From the NCBI GenBank assembly GCA_964493305.1, contig CAZBLW010000001.1, positions 384,037 to 448,036 of the forward strand: a DNA stretch of 64,000 bases. Direction: 5' to 3'. Below are positions 1-8,824 of the stretch, in pieces. The DNA is from an uncultured Gammaproteobacteria bacterium (GTDB lineage: Bacteria > Patescibacteriota > Patescibacteriia > S139-126). Position numbers and translations under genes: made by a program. Each line of letters opens with the position of its first letter. Positions within the stretch are counted from its first letter, which is position 1. The notes beneath the pieces were generated by a model, which was given only the letters and a program-made list of their open reading frames with translations, ran no database searches and was not told the DNA's origin.

Positions 1-30
1 AACAGCAGTAGTATAGTATTTTTTTGCCAT
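1..30 (-). CDS. 5' fragment of a divergent gene running off the window (MAKKYYTTAV...)
   Basis: ATG at 30 on the minus strand, open to the window edge; minus-strand TGGTATAAT at 66-58. Confidence 0.4.
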   Translation of the reverse strand, partial: MAKKYYTTAV

Positions 31-119
31 TTTTTGTATAGATAAATCATGTTCTAAATTATACCATATTTGTTAATAAACTATTTAAAAATATTAGTTT
101 TTTTGCTAAAATTAAGCTG

Positions 120-1166
120 ATGGCTAGGACTAATAAAAATAATGCTAGTAATATTATGGAGATAAATCCCTGGGATATTAAATTGTCCGAGTTTCCAAAA
201 TCAGGTAGTTTGACTGAAAAAATCCAATTTATTTTGTCATTGGCAATTTTAGCACCATCAACTCACAATAGTCAGCCCTGGTTATTTCGTCTGCAAGGCG
301 ATATTTGTCAGGTTGAGGTCGATACGAGTATTAAGTTGCCCAACTCAGACCCAACGGGAAGGGATTTGTATATCAGCCATGGCTGTTTAGCTGAGGCTAT
401 CGAGCAGGTGGCAAATTATTTTGGCTTTAGCTGTGTTTTTCAGTTTATTGATAATAATAATCTTATTTTTCAAGTCCAGTTTATCCCTAGTGAAGCTGAG
501 GTTAGTAAAAAAAGTATGATTGAAGCTTTGCTTAGCAGGGTAAATGTAAGAGGTATGTTTGACAAAAAAGAAATACCGGCTCAACTTAATGAACAACTAA
601 CAATTTATTCAGATGAACAAGTCAAATTTGTTTTATTGTCAGGTAAAGACAAAACAAAATATTTAGCCCAACTGACTGCTCAAGCAATTGCTGAAGCTCA
701 CAATAATAAAAATTTTCGTTACGAGCTATCTCAGTGGATGCGACCTAGTCTAACTAAAAAATTAGATGGCCTAGTTGGCTACAATTTACGTATTCCGTTT
801 TTACTGTCGTTTATCTTTCCACCTTTAATCAAATTATTAAACCTGGGTAAATTATTTGCTCAACTTAACCGTCAAGCCATAGCCAGTGCTCCAGCGGCTG
901 GGATTATGTTATCACCAGAGGATACACCTATTAGTTGGTGGCAAGTTGGTCGACGTTTTTTTAGACTAAATTTATATCTTAATTCAATCGGATTAAGAAC
1001 CTCAATTTATGTCGGAGCGATTGAAATAGGTAATCATCGTGCAGAGTTAAAAAAATTTATCAACACTGATTGGCTGCCGCAATTTTCTTTTGTAGTTGGT
1101 TATATGTCAGGCAATTTCCGTCATAGCCCCCGCTATAATTTAAAGTCAAGATTAATCCATGACTAA
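120..1166 (+). CDS. Acg/Rv2032-type FMN-binding nitroreductase-fold oxidoreductase
   Basis: LAPSTHNSQPWLF, DPTGRDLYISHGC, SRVNVRG motifs; C-terminal PQF...GY...SPR. Confidence 0.85.
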   Translation: MARTNKNNASNIMEINPWDIKLSEFPKSGSLTEKIQFILSLAILAPSTHNSQPWLFRLQGDICQVEVDTSIKLPNSDPTGRDLYISHGCLAEAIEQVANYFGFSCVFQFIDNNNLIFQVQFIPSEAEVSKKSMIEALLSRVNVRGMFDKKEIPAQLNEQLTIYSDEQVKFVLLSGKDKTKYLAQLTAQAIAEAHNNKNFRYELSQWMRPSLTKKLDGLVGYNLRIPFLLSFIFPPLIKLLNLGKLFAQLNRQAIASAPAAGIMLSPEDTPISWWQVGRRFFRLNLYLNSIGLRTSIYVGAIEIGNHRAELKKFINTDWLPQFSFVVGYMSGNFRHSPRYNLKSRLIHD

Positions 1167-2223
1167 ACTTAAGTTCACCAACCAAACAAAACCTTACCTA
1201 TTTAATTTGTCTAACCAAAAACAGACCGGTTTGTTTGCTAAACTCTGGCGAGATAGATCGATTAAAAAAGTTGATGAATATTCCAACCAAACGGAAGAAT
1301 ATCAAATCGTATTAGACCCAGCGGGTAGAAAAAATATAAAATCATTACCGCAGGCAATATGGGTGTATTACCCTTGGTTGAAAACTATGGTTAAAATTTT
1401 AGCTAAGCCGGCTTTTAGAAGTTTACGCTTGTCCAGAAATAATGGTTTTTTAAATACTAACCAACAGCAAAAATTTTTAAATATGAAGGTAGGGATTGCG
1501 GGTATGAATGTTGGTTATCATGCTGCTCTTTGTTTGGCTTTAGCCGGGGGTGCAGAAACCATGAAATTTGCCGATCCTGATATTTTGACCGTTTCCAGTT
1601 TAAATAGATTCCGTGCAAGTTTAAAGGATTTGGGTGGCAATAAAACAAATTTAACAGCTGAACAAGTGTATGAAATTGATCCATTTTATAAAATTGATTT
1701 ATATTCTGAAGGTATTACCACCAAAAATATTGATAAATTTTTATTAAAACCAAAAATTGATGTTTTAATTGAAGAGATGGATAATTTACCCTTAAAAGTT
1801 ATGATAAGAAAAAAAGCACGTCAACATGGTATACCAGTCATTATGGTTACTGGCAATGGAGTAAATTTGGTTTTAGATATTGAAAGATATGATATAAATA
1901 AGAGACAGAAGATACTAAATGGTTTTTTACCTGAAAAATTTTTGACAGATAATATTGTTTTATCCCAGCTAACCAAAACAGAAAAAATTAATCTGGCGAG
2001 GGATTTTATAGGTAAAAAATTTTTAGCGCCAGAACTAGTTTCGGCTTTTGCTAAGGTTGGTAAAACTTTAGCAGCTATTCCGCAGTTAGCAGAAACATCT
2101 TATTTAAGAGGGTTGGTTTTAGGGCAAGTTGTGAAAAAATTGGCCCTGGGTCAATCAGTACCAGCTGGTCGTTATCAAATAAAAATGGATAATATATTTT
2201 CCAATGAAATTAGAAAAAATTGA
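1159..2223 (+). CDS. ThiF/E1-like adenylyltransferase, Rv1355c(MoeY)/FeeI/OxzB-type
   Basis: WVYYPW, VGIAGMNVG, ADPD...SLNR, EEMDNL..K..IR, PQLA...LG...GRY motifs; overlaps upstream gene. Confidence 0.85.
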   Translation: MTKLKFTNQTKPYLFNLSNQKQTGLFAKLWRDRSIKKVDEYSNQTEEYQIVLDPAGRKNIKSLPQAIWVYYPWLKTMVKILAKPAFRSLRLSRNNGFLNTNQQQKFLNMKVGIAGMNVGYHAALCLALAGGAETMKFADPDILTVSSLNRFRASLKDLGGNKTNLTAEQVYEIDPFYKIDLYSEGITTKNIDKFLLKPKIDVLIEEMDNLPLKVMIRKKARQHGIPVIMVTGNGVNLVLDIERYDINKRQKILNGFLPEKFLTDNIVLSQLTKTEKINLARDFIGKKFLAPELVSAFAKVGKTLAAIPQLAETSYLRGLVLGQVVKKLALGQSVPAGRYQIKMDNIFSNEIRKN

Positions 2224-3271
2224 CGTAAAAAATTTTGCCGAATATAAAAATCACGAAGTGGTTTATCATTTTATTGATCCCACGGTGAAGTTGGAGGGCT
2301 ATATAGGTATTCATAATACCACCAGGGGACCAGCTACTGGTGGCACGAGGTGGTGGTATTATCAAGATAAAAACGATGCAATTAGAGATGTTTTGGATTT
2401 ATCTCAAGCCATGACTAACAAGTGCTTAATGGCTGATTTAAATTTTGGCGGTGGTAAGGCAGTTATCTTAAAACAAGGAGAAAAAACACCAGCCTTACTT
2501 ACTGCTTATGCGCAGGTAATTGATAGTTTAGCTGGTATTTTTACTACTGGTCCTGATGTAGGTATTGATGAAGAAGATACTTTGTTTATGTCAAAATTTA
2601 GTAAATATATTTTAGGTCATAAGCCAGTTCAGGGAGAACGTTATAGTACATCTGATATGGCTGCTAGAGGTGTGTATGTCGCAATTAAGTCAACTATAAA
2701 AAAAGTTACTGGTCAGACAAATTTAAATAATATATCCGTAGCCATAAAAGGTTTAGGTAAAGTAGGAGGTGAGTTGGCTAGATTGTTATTGGCTGATGGT
2801 AGTGAAGTTTATGGTTCCGAAATTGATCAACCGCGACTCGATTATATTGTGGCCAATTTACCAGGAATAAAGATCGTAGCTCCAGATAAAATTTCTACTC
2901 TACCCGTAACTATTTATTCACCTTGTGCAGTAGGTCATGAGTTCAATGAAGAAAATATAAAAAATATCACCGCTCAATATATTATTGGTGGTGCCAATAA
3001 TCAGTTGACTTCGGACAAAGTGGGTGATTATTTTCATAATCAGGGTATTTTATACGCACCAGATTATGTTGTTAACGCCGGTGGCCTCATCAATATAACC
3101 GATGAATTAGCTGAAGATGGTTATTCGGCTGATCGAGTGTTGACCAGAGTCAATAATATTGGACAAACCTTAGTAGCTATTATTGATAGATCAAAACGCG
3201 ACAATTTACCCACTTACAAAGTAGCTGATCTTTTAGCAACTGATAAATTAAATTTTTCTTATGCCCAATAA
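2204..3271 (+). CDS. Leu/Phe/Val dehydrogenase (ELFV family)
   Basis: GPATGGTR, AMTNK, GGGKAVI, TGPDVG, GLGKVG, GGANNQL, PDYVVNAGG. Confidence 0.9.
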   Translation: MKLEKIDVKNFAEYKNHEVVYHFIDPTVKLEGYIGIHNTTRGPATGGTRWWYYQDKNDAIRDVLDLSQAMTNKCLMADLNFGGGKAVILKQGEKTPALLTAYAQVIDSLAGIFTTGPDVGIDEEDTLFMSKFSKYILGHKPVQGERYSTSDMAARGVYVAIKSTIKKVTGQTNLNNISVAIKGLGKVGGELARLLLADGSEVYGSEIDQPRLDYIVANLPGIKIVAPDKISTLPVTIYSPCAVGHEFNEENIKNITAQYIIGGANNQLTSDKVGDYFHNQGILYAPDYVVNAGGLINITDELAEDGYSADRVLTRVNNIGQTLVAIIDRSKRDNLPTYKVADLLATDKLNFSYAQ

Positions 3272-4787
3272 GTTACTTAATTATTTTAAAGAAGTCCATC
3301 AAGATTTTTCTCACAACTATTTAATTGATTATCTTAATTTGGATTTTCCCACTGAGAGCAAAGATTTTTTAGCCATTTCTTTTGATCAGCTCCTGAAAGC
3401 AAGTCAGGAAAAACAGCTGAATTTATTTCAACAGATGGCAGCTAAAGTTCCAGCGTATAAAGATTTTTTACAAAAAAATAGTATTAAACCAGAAAAAATA
3501 GTAACTCACCAAGATTTATCAGCCGTTCCTTTTATTGATAAGAATAATTATCTCCGGCAGTACTCTATACCTGAGCTTTGTTGGCCAGGCAGTTTTCATC
3601 AACAAAATATGGTCAGTGTTAGTTCCGGATCATCCGGTGATCCTTTTTTTTGGTTTCGTTCTAGTTGGCAAGAGTTTGAAGCCACTTTGAATCATGAAAT
3701 GCTATTGCGAGATTTTTTTGCTTGTGATAATCAGCGTACGTTATTGATTGTTAGTTTTGCCATGGGCATGTATGTAGCTGGAGTTTTAACACAAAATTGT
3801 GGTCAACACATATCACAAAAAGGCTTACCTCTGACAGTAATTAGTCCCGGCATCAGTATCACCGAAAACGTAAGAATTATTAAAGAATTAGCTAAGTATT
3901 ATGATCAAATAATTATTGCTGGTTATCCGCCTCTGGTTAAGGATGTAATTGATTTTGGTCAGCAGCAAGGAATTGATTGGTCCAGTTTTAAAATTAAATT
4001 TATTTTTGCCGGCGAGGGTTTTAGTGAGAAATGGCGCCAAACTTTACTGCACAAAGCGGGAGTAACTGATTTAGTCAAAGATAGTTTTAGTATTTATGGC
4101 TCGGCTGATGCAAATATGTTGGCCTTTGAAACAATTTTGTCAATCAAAATTAGACAGTTAGTTGATGCTGATAGTAAGAAATATTCTGACTTTTACGATC
4201 AACAAAATAGATTACCTGGTATATTCCAATTCAATCCATTGAGTCGTTACTTTGAACAGTTGGCGGATGAACTGATTTTTTCCGCTGATAGTGGTATACC
4301 GTTGTTGAGATACAACATTCATGATGTGGGCAAGGTTATTGGTTTTACTGATATGCAAGCTAAAATAGGTAATGAACATTTTGCGGGCAATAATTATTCT
4401 TGGCCATTTGTATTGCTGTACGGCAAAGATAAAACCATAAGTTTTTACGGTTTATTAATTTACCCTGATAATATTAGAATTGCTTTAGAAAACGATGTTC
4501 TAAAAGAAAAAGTTTCGGGGCGGGTTTTATTTGCTAGAAAAGAGGATGTTGAGGGCAATCATTATCTGCAAGCAGAGATAGAATTGGCACCAAAAGTTGA
4601 ACCAAATAATGATTTAGCTAGTTTAATCCAACAAGAAATTACCAAGTCTTTAAGTCAAGCCAATATGGAATATAACAAATTAAGATCTTATTTGGGTGAG
4701 CGAGCTTTGCCAAAAATTAATTTATATCCTTATGGTTCTTCAGAAATATTTTCTCGTACTAATAAACAAAATTGGTTAACCAGCTAA
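3261..4787 (+). CDS. Phenylacetate-CoA ligase (PaaK)-like adenylate-forming enzyme
   Basis: VPAYKDFL, SSGSSGDP P-loop, GYPP, AGEGF, SIYGSAD, PLLRYNIHDVG. Confidence 0.85.
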   Translation: MPNKLLNYFKEVHQDFSHNYLIDYLNLDFPTESKDFLAISFDQLLKASQEKQLNLFQQMAAKVPAYKDFLQKNSIKPEKIVTHQDLSAVPFIDKNNYLRQYSIPELCWPGSFHQQNMVSVSSGSSGDPFFWFRSSWQEFEATLNHEMLLRDFFACDNQRTLLIVSFAMGMYVAGVLTQNCGQHISQKGLPLTVISPGISITENVRIIKELAKYYDQIIIAGYPPLVKDVIDFGQQQGIDWSSFKIKFIFAGEGFSEKWRQTLLHKAGVTDLVKDSFSIYGSADANMLAFETILSIKIRQLVDADSKKYSDFYDQQNRLPGIFQFNPLSRYFEQLADELIFSADSGIPLLRYNIHDVGKVIGFTDMQAKIGNEHFAGNNYSWPFVLLYGKDKTISFYGLLIYPDNIRIALENDVLKEKVSGRVLFARKEDVEGNHYLQAEIELAPKVEPNNDLASLIQQEITKSLSQANMEYNKLRSYLGERALPKINLYPYGSSEIFSRTNKQNWLTS

Positions 4788-4790
4788 TGT

Positions 4791-6389
4791 ATGTCTGACT
4801 TAGTTTTTCTTAGTTTAATTTTTACCGTACTAGCCAATTTAACTTTGATTATTGTTGTATATTTCTACGGTAAAAAAAATATCAATCAAATTTTCTTTGT
4901 CCTACTGGTTTTGTCACTTACTTTTTGGGGAGTAAATAATTTTTTTTCAGTAACCGCTAAACCCGAGCAGTCATTGTTTTGGATTCGGTCGGTAATGTTT
5001 TTTGCTGCTCCTCAGACTTTTTTGTTGTATTTATTTATATCCACTTTTGCTTATAAAGCCTGGGATTTTTCGAAATGGGGCAAATATTTTCTAGTTAGTT
5101 TGTGTTTTTTGATGATGTTGTTGACGCACACTCCTTTTATTTTTTCTTCCATCGTAATTGCAGGCAATGGACAAGTTTCGCCACAGCCGGGTTTACTCAT
5201 GCCCCTGCTCGGTGGTTATATATTTATTTTTGCTTTGTTATCAGTTTATAAATTGGTTAAAAGATACAGAAAGTCTTCAGGACAAGAAAGGAAACAGTGG
5301 CAGTATTTATCTTTTGGTTTGTTTTGGACTTTTTTATTGATGCTCAGTTTAAATTATTTGGCGGTTATAGTTTTCAATAACACCAATTTTGTTCGTTATG
5401 GTCACTTATATCATCTACCGTTGATTGTTTTGTTTTCTTATAGTTTGGTAAAGCATAAATTGATGGATGTAAAATTAATAGCTTCGCAATCTTTAACCAT
5501 TTTACTTTCTTTGTTTTTATTATTTAAAGTACTGACTTCGGAAGATACGGTGAATTTAGTGATTAATATGGTGATTTTTACAGTAGTGGTGATAATTAGT
5601 ATTTGGTTGGTGCGCAATATTAATAAAGAAATAAAACAAAGAGAAAAACTTGAAATATTAACAAAAGATTTGCAAGTTGCTAATGAACGACTAAAAAAAT
5701 TAGACGAAGCCAAAACAGAATTTTTATCAATAACCTCGCACCAATTACGCACTCCTTTATCGGCTATTAAGGGTTATTTATCTATGTTGCAAGAGGGTGA
5801 TTTTGGTAAGATGTCCAAAAAACAAGCGGATATCGTGGGTATTTTACTGAGGAATTCAGAGCGTTTAATTCGATTAATCAATATCTTTTTAAATATTTCC
5901 CGTATAGAATCTGGAAGATTGAAAATAAATAAAAGTTTAAATGATATCAGTCGTTTACTTGATGATATTATCAAGTCATTGGCTATTGAGGCCGGTACTA
6001 AGCATATTAAGATTGAGTTTGAAGAAAACGACGTTCCCTTGTTTCAGTTTGATATGGACAAAATGGCTGACGTACTTATCAATTTGATTGACAATGCTAT
6101 TAAATATACTCCTATCGGTGGTTGGGTTAGGGTGTCTGTAAAAAATATGGAAAAATATGTATTAGTCAAAGTCCAGGACAACGGCAAAGGTATTTCTTAT
6201 GAAGAATTGGATCAATTGTTCCAAAAATTTAAACGAGGTAAGGATATTAATCGAGTTGACACAACTGGAGTGGGATTGGGTTTATATATTGCTAAAAAAA
6301 TTATTGAAGGACACGGGGGAAATATTTGGGCAGAAAGCGAAGGCGAAAATAAAGGCACTACTTTTAAATTTACCTTGCCTCTAGAATGA
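4791..6389 (+). CDS. Membrane sensor histidine kinase with multi-TM (HisKA_7TM-like) input domain
   Basis: About 280-aa hydrophobic N-terminus; H-box SHQLRTPL; N-box NLIDNAIKY; DNGKG; GVGLGL; GGNIW. Confidence 0.92.
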   Translation: MSDLVFLSLIFTVLANLTLIIVVYFYGKKNINQIFFVLLVLSLTFWGVNNFFSVTAKPEQSLFWIRSVMFFAAPQTFLLYLFISTFAYKAWDFSKWGKYFLVSLCFLMMLLTHTPFIFSSIVIAGNGQVSPQPGLLMPLLGGYIFIFALLSVYKLVKRYRKSSGQERKQWQYLSFGLFWTFLLMLSLNYLAVIVFNNTNFVRYGHLYHLPLIVLFSYSLVKHKLMDVKLIASQSLTILLSLFLLFKVLTSEDTVNLVINMVIFTVVVIISIWLVRNINKEIKQREKLEILTKDLQVANERLKKLDEAKTEFLSITSHQLRTPLSAIKGYLSMLQEGDFGKMSKKQADIVGILLRNSERLIRLINIFLNISRIESGRLKINKSLNDISRLLDDIIKSLAIEAGTKHIKIEFEENDVPLFQFDMDKMADVLINLIDNAIKYTPIGGWVRVSVKNMEKYVLVKVQDNGKGISYEELDQLFQKFKRGKDINRVDTTGVGLGLYIAKKIIEGHGGNIWAESEGENKGTTFKFTLPLE

Positions 6390-6433
6390 CCACGACTTGT
6401 GGATATCTTTGCAGTAGGCAATTTTTTAACTTT

Positions 6434-6442
6434 TGCTATAAT
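6434..6442 (+). promoter_or_regulatory. Extended -10 promoter element (TGcTATAAT) upstream of the acidic small ORF
   Basis: TGCTATAAT consensus in intergenic DNA. Confidence 0.55.
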
Positions 6443-6487
6443 TTTGTTAAGTAGTAAATTAGTTAATTTAATTATTAATATTTAAAT

Positions 6488-6613
6488 ATGTCCAATGACG
6501 ACTTTATGAAGGAAGATGACAATGAAGAAGAGGGTTATGAAGATGATTTCGAAGATGAAGACGAAGATGATATGTCGGATGATATGAACGAAGATGAAGA
6601 CGAAGATATGTAG
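6488..6613 (+). CDS. Unannotated 41-aa extremely acidic small protein
   Basis: ATG..TAG ORF MSNDDFMKEDDNEEEGYEDDFEDEDEDDMSDDMNEDEDEDM; upstream promoter and downstream terminator. Confidence 0.6.
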   Translation: MSNDDFMKEDDNEEEGYEDDFEDEDEDDMSDDMNEDEDEDM

Positions 6614-6623
6614 ATCTAATATT

Positions 6624-6652
6624 GCCCCGGCTTAGGCCGGGGTTTATTTTTT
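6624..6652 (+). terminator. Intrinsic terminator
   Basis: GCCCCGGC-ttag-GCCGGGGT followed by T-rich tract. Confidence 0.85.
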
Positions 6653-6714
6653 GACCAATGCTGGTTTATTTGTTATATTGTCGGAAAATACTTTAACATA
6701 ATAAGGAGAGATAA

Positions 6715-7032
6715 ATGAATAATCTGTATGATGTTACTACTTTACCACAAGATTTTGTGGAAATAATCACTAATTTTTTAACCAAATTAAACCAAACCGG
6801 GGCAGTATTTTTTTATCCTGATGAACAAAAATTGATGTTAGGCGAAGCTTACGGTGATAAGCACATGTATAATTTGGCTGATTTTTTTAGCGAGCTGCTC
6901 GATCTCAATGATTTAGTATATTTAATCAGAGTGGCTATATGTCAGCAACATTTTACAGTTTATACCGTAGCTGCCGAAGCAAATATTGAGCGGCACGAAA
7001 ATTACCGCACCATTTTTATTAGGGCATATTAA
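6715..7032 (+). CDS. Hypothetical protein (105 aa)
   Basis: TTGACC-17-TATATT promoter (6651-6679), AAGGAG SD, own terminator. Confidence 0.7.
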   Translation: MNNLYDVTTLPQDFVEIITNFLTKLNQTGAVFFYPDEQKLMLGEAYGDKHMYNLADFFSELLDLNDLVYLIRVAICQQHFTVYTVAAEANIERHENYRTIFIRAY

Positions 7033-7044
7033 TGCCCTTTTTTT
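7021..7044 (+). terminator. Intrinsic terminator
   Basis: AGGGCAT-atta-ATGCCCT plus T tract. Confidence 0.7.
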
Positions 7045-7072
7045 ATTTTATAAAAACGATATGATTATAGAT

Positions 7073-7594
7073 ATGCTACCCACAATTTTTTTAATTTTAA
7101 TTATTTTGGTAACATTCGGTTTTGTTAGAGGCAGTACCTCTTTGGCCCCCTGGGTGCCAACTAAAACCAAAGATTATCAGCGTATAAATAACCTAATCAG
7201 ACAGCAACAAACGAAAAAATTTGTTGATTTAGGTTGTGGTAGTGCAGGTTTGATTGTGTATTTAGCTAAACAAAATCCTGCAATCCAATTTGTCGGTGTA
7301 GAGATTGCCTGGCCATTATTTTTGTTTGCTTGGTGTCGAGTTAAGTTATTGGGTCTAAAAAATATAAAAATTTATTATCAAGATTTATTTAGTTTAAATT
7401 TATCTGAATACGATACAATATTTGTTTATGGTTATCCGCGCAGTATTAAAAAAAGATTATCAGACAAGATTAAACTGGAGTTGAAGTCAGATGCAATTTT
7501 ACTGTCTTATGTTTTTAAGTTTCATGAACTAAATTTATTTAGGCTTGATAAACCCGGACAGGAATTTTTGCCAATTTATATTTATAAAAACTAG
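7073..7594 (+). CDS. Class I SAM-dependent methyltransferase with N-terminal membrane anchor
   Basis: APWVPT, VDLGCGSAG, GVEIA; start moved from 6986 to the ATG at 7073 (7061 also possible). Confidence 0.8.
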   Translation: MLPTIFLILIILVTFGFVRGSTSLAPWVPTKTKDYQRINNLIRQQQTKKFVDLGCGSAGLIVYLAKQNPAIQFVGVEIAWPLFLFAWCRVKLLGLKNIKIYYQDLFSLNLSEYDTIFVYGYPRSIKKRLSDKIKLELKSDAILLSYVFKFHELNLFRLDKPGQEFLPIYIYKN

Positions 7595-7630
7595 TGAAAA
7601 TATCAAATTTGTGTTAATATTCATAATATT

Positions 7631-8824
7631 ATGAAACTAAAAACTTTAAATAAGACGACAAAGTTATGCGGGAAAAAAGTTTTACTCAGGGTAGATTTGA
7701 ACGTCAAGTTAGGATCAGACAAAAAGGTTGATCAAAAGGAAGATTTTAAATTGCAAAGAATATTACCGACTATAAAATATTTACAAACCCAAGGGGCTAA
7801 AATAATTTTACTGTCCCATTTAGGTCGTCCCAATGGTCGGGTGGTGCCAACTTTGTCATTACAACCGGTAGTTGATAGGTTAATTACTTTATTGGCGCAA
7901 AATATCAAGTTAATAAAAAAACAGCCTTGGTTAGATATAAAAAAGCAAATCGACCAGTTAGTAAATGGTCAGATTGTTGTTTTAGAAAACTTACGCTTTT
8001 TTAAAGGAGAAGATACCAACGATAATATTTTGGCAAAACAGTTAGCGAGTTTGGGTGATATTTATGTCAATGATGCTTTTGCTGCTTGTCATCGTGAGGC
8101 AGCTTCAATGGTAGCAATTACCAAATTTTTACCGACCTATGCCGGTTGGTTAATGGCCAGCGAAGTTCAACAGTTGAGTAGCTTAATAAATAAGAAAACT
8201 AAACCCTATCTGACAATTTTGGGTGGAGCCAAAATTAGTACCAAAATTGATTTGGTGGCCAAATTTGTCAAAATATCTGACTATGTTTTAGTAGGTGGGG
8301 GATTGGCCAATAATTTTTTATTAGCTGATGGTAAATCAATAGGCAAATCAATTGTAGAAAAAAAATATTTAAGTAAACTAAAAAAAGTTTTACGGCAAAA
8401 TCGTAAAAAAATCTTATTACCAATTGACGTGACGGTTGATAAGACAACTACCAAGTTGGTGGAAGCAACACAAAAACTAGTTGGTGATATAAAAAAAGAC
8501 GAAAAAATCATTGATATTGGAACAAACACAGTTAGATCCTGGTCACAAATAATCAAGCGAGCAAAATTGATAGTTTGGAATGGTCCTTTAGGAATCGTCG
8601 AAGATAGGAAAGCTAGTCATGCTTCACGAGCCTTAGCTGAGTTGATTGCTGCTAGGTCAAAGCGAGCGTGTTTCAGTGTCGTTGGTGGGGGAGAAACTGT
8701 TTGGTTAATTCAGGACATGAATATTTTTGATAGTTTTGATTACGTATCAACTGGCGGGGGAGCAATGATAGAATTTTTAGAAGGCAAAACTTTGCCAGGG
8801 ATTAAACCTTTATTAAAAAAATGA
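7631..8824 (+). CDS. pgk: Phosphoglycerate kinase
   Basis: RVDLNV, SHLGRP, LENLRF, NDAFA, GGAKISTK, STGGGA. Confidence 0.97.
   Translation: MKLKTLNKTTKLCGKKVLLRVDLNVKLGSDKKVDQKEDFKLQRILPTIKYLQTQGAKIILLSHLGRPNGRVVPTLSLQPVVDRLITLLAQNIKLIKKQPWLDIKKQIDQLVNGQIVVLENLRFFKGEDTNDNILAKQLASLGDIYVNDAFAACHREAASMVAITKFLPTYAGWLMASEVQQLSSLINKKTKPYLTILGGAKISTKIDLVAKFVKISDYVLVGGGLANNFLLADGKSIGKSIVEKKYLSKLKKVLRQNRKKILLPIDVTVDKTTTKLVEATQKLVGDIKKDEKIIDIGTNTVRSWSQIIKRAKLIVWNGPLGIVEDRKASHASRALAELIAARSKRACFSVVGGGETVWLIQDMNIFDSFDYVSTGGGAMIEFLEGKTLPGIKPLLKK

Noticed and set aside
1159-2223. ThiF gene as thiamine/molybdopterin, ubiquitin-like or RiPP machinery
   Set aside because: No ThiS/MoaD-like GG-ending protein, JAB peptidase, YcaO or recognisable precursor nearby; it lacks the CxxC zinc motifs of MoeB/ThiF and matches the Rv1355c type.
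6488-6613. GAAGAT/GACGAAGAT repeats as a tandem repeat or CRISPR
   Set aside because: The repeats are imperfect, in-frame and explained by Asp/Glu codons; there is no repeat-spacer structure.
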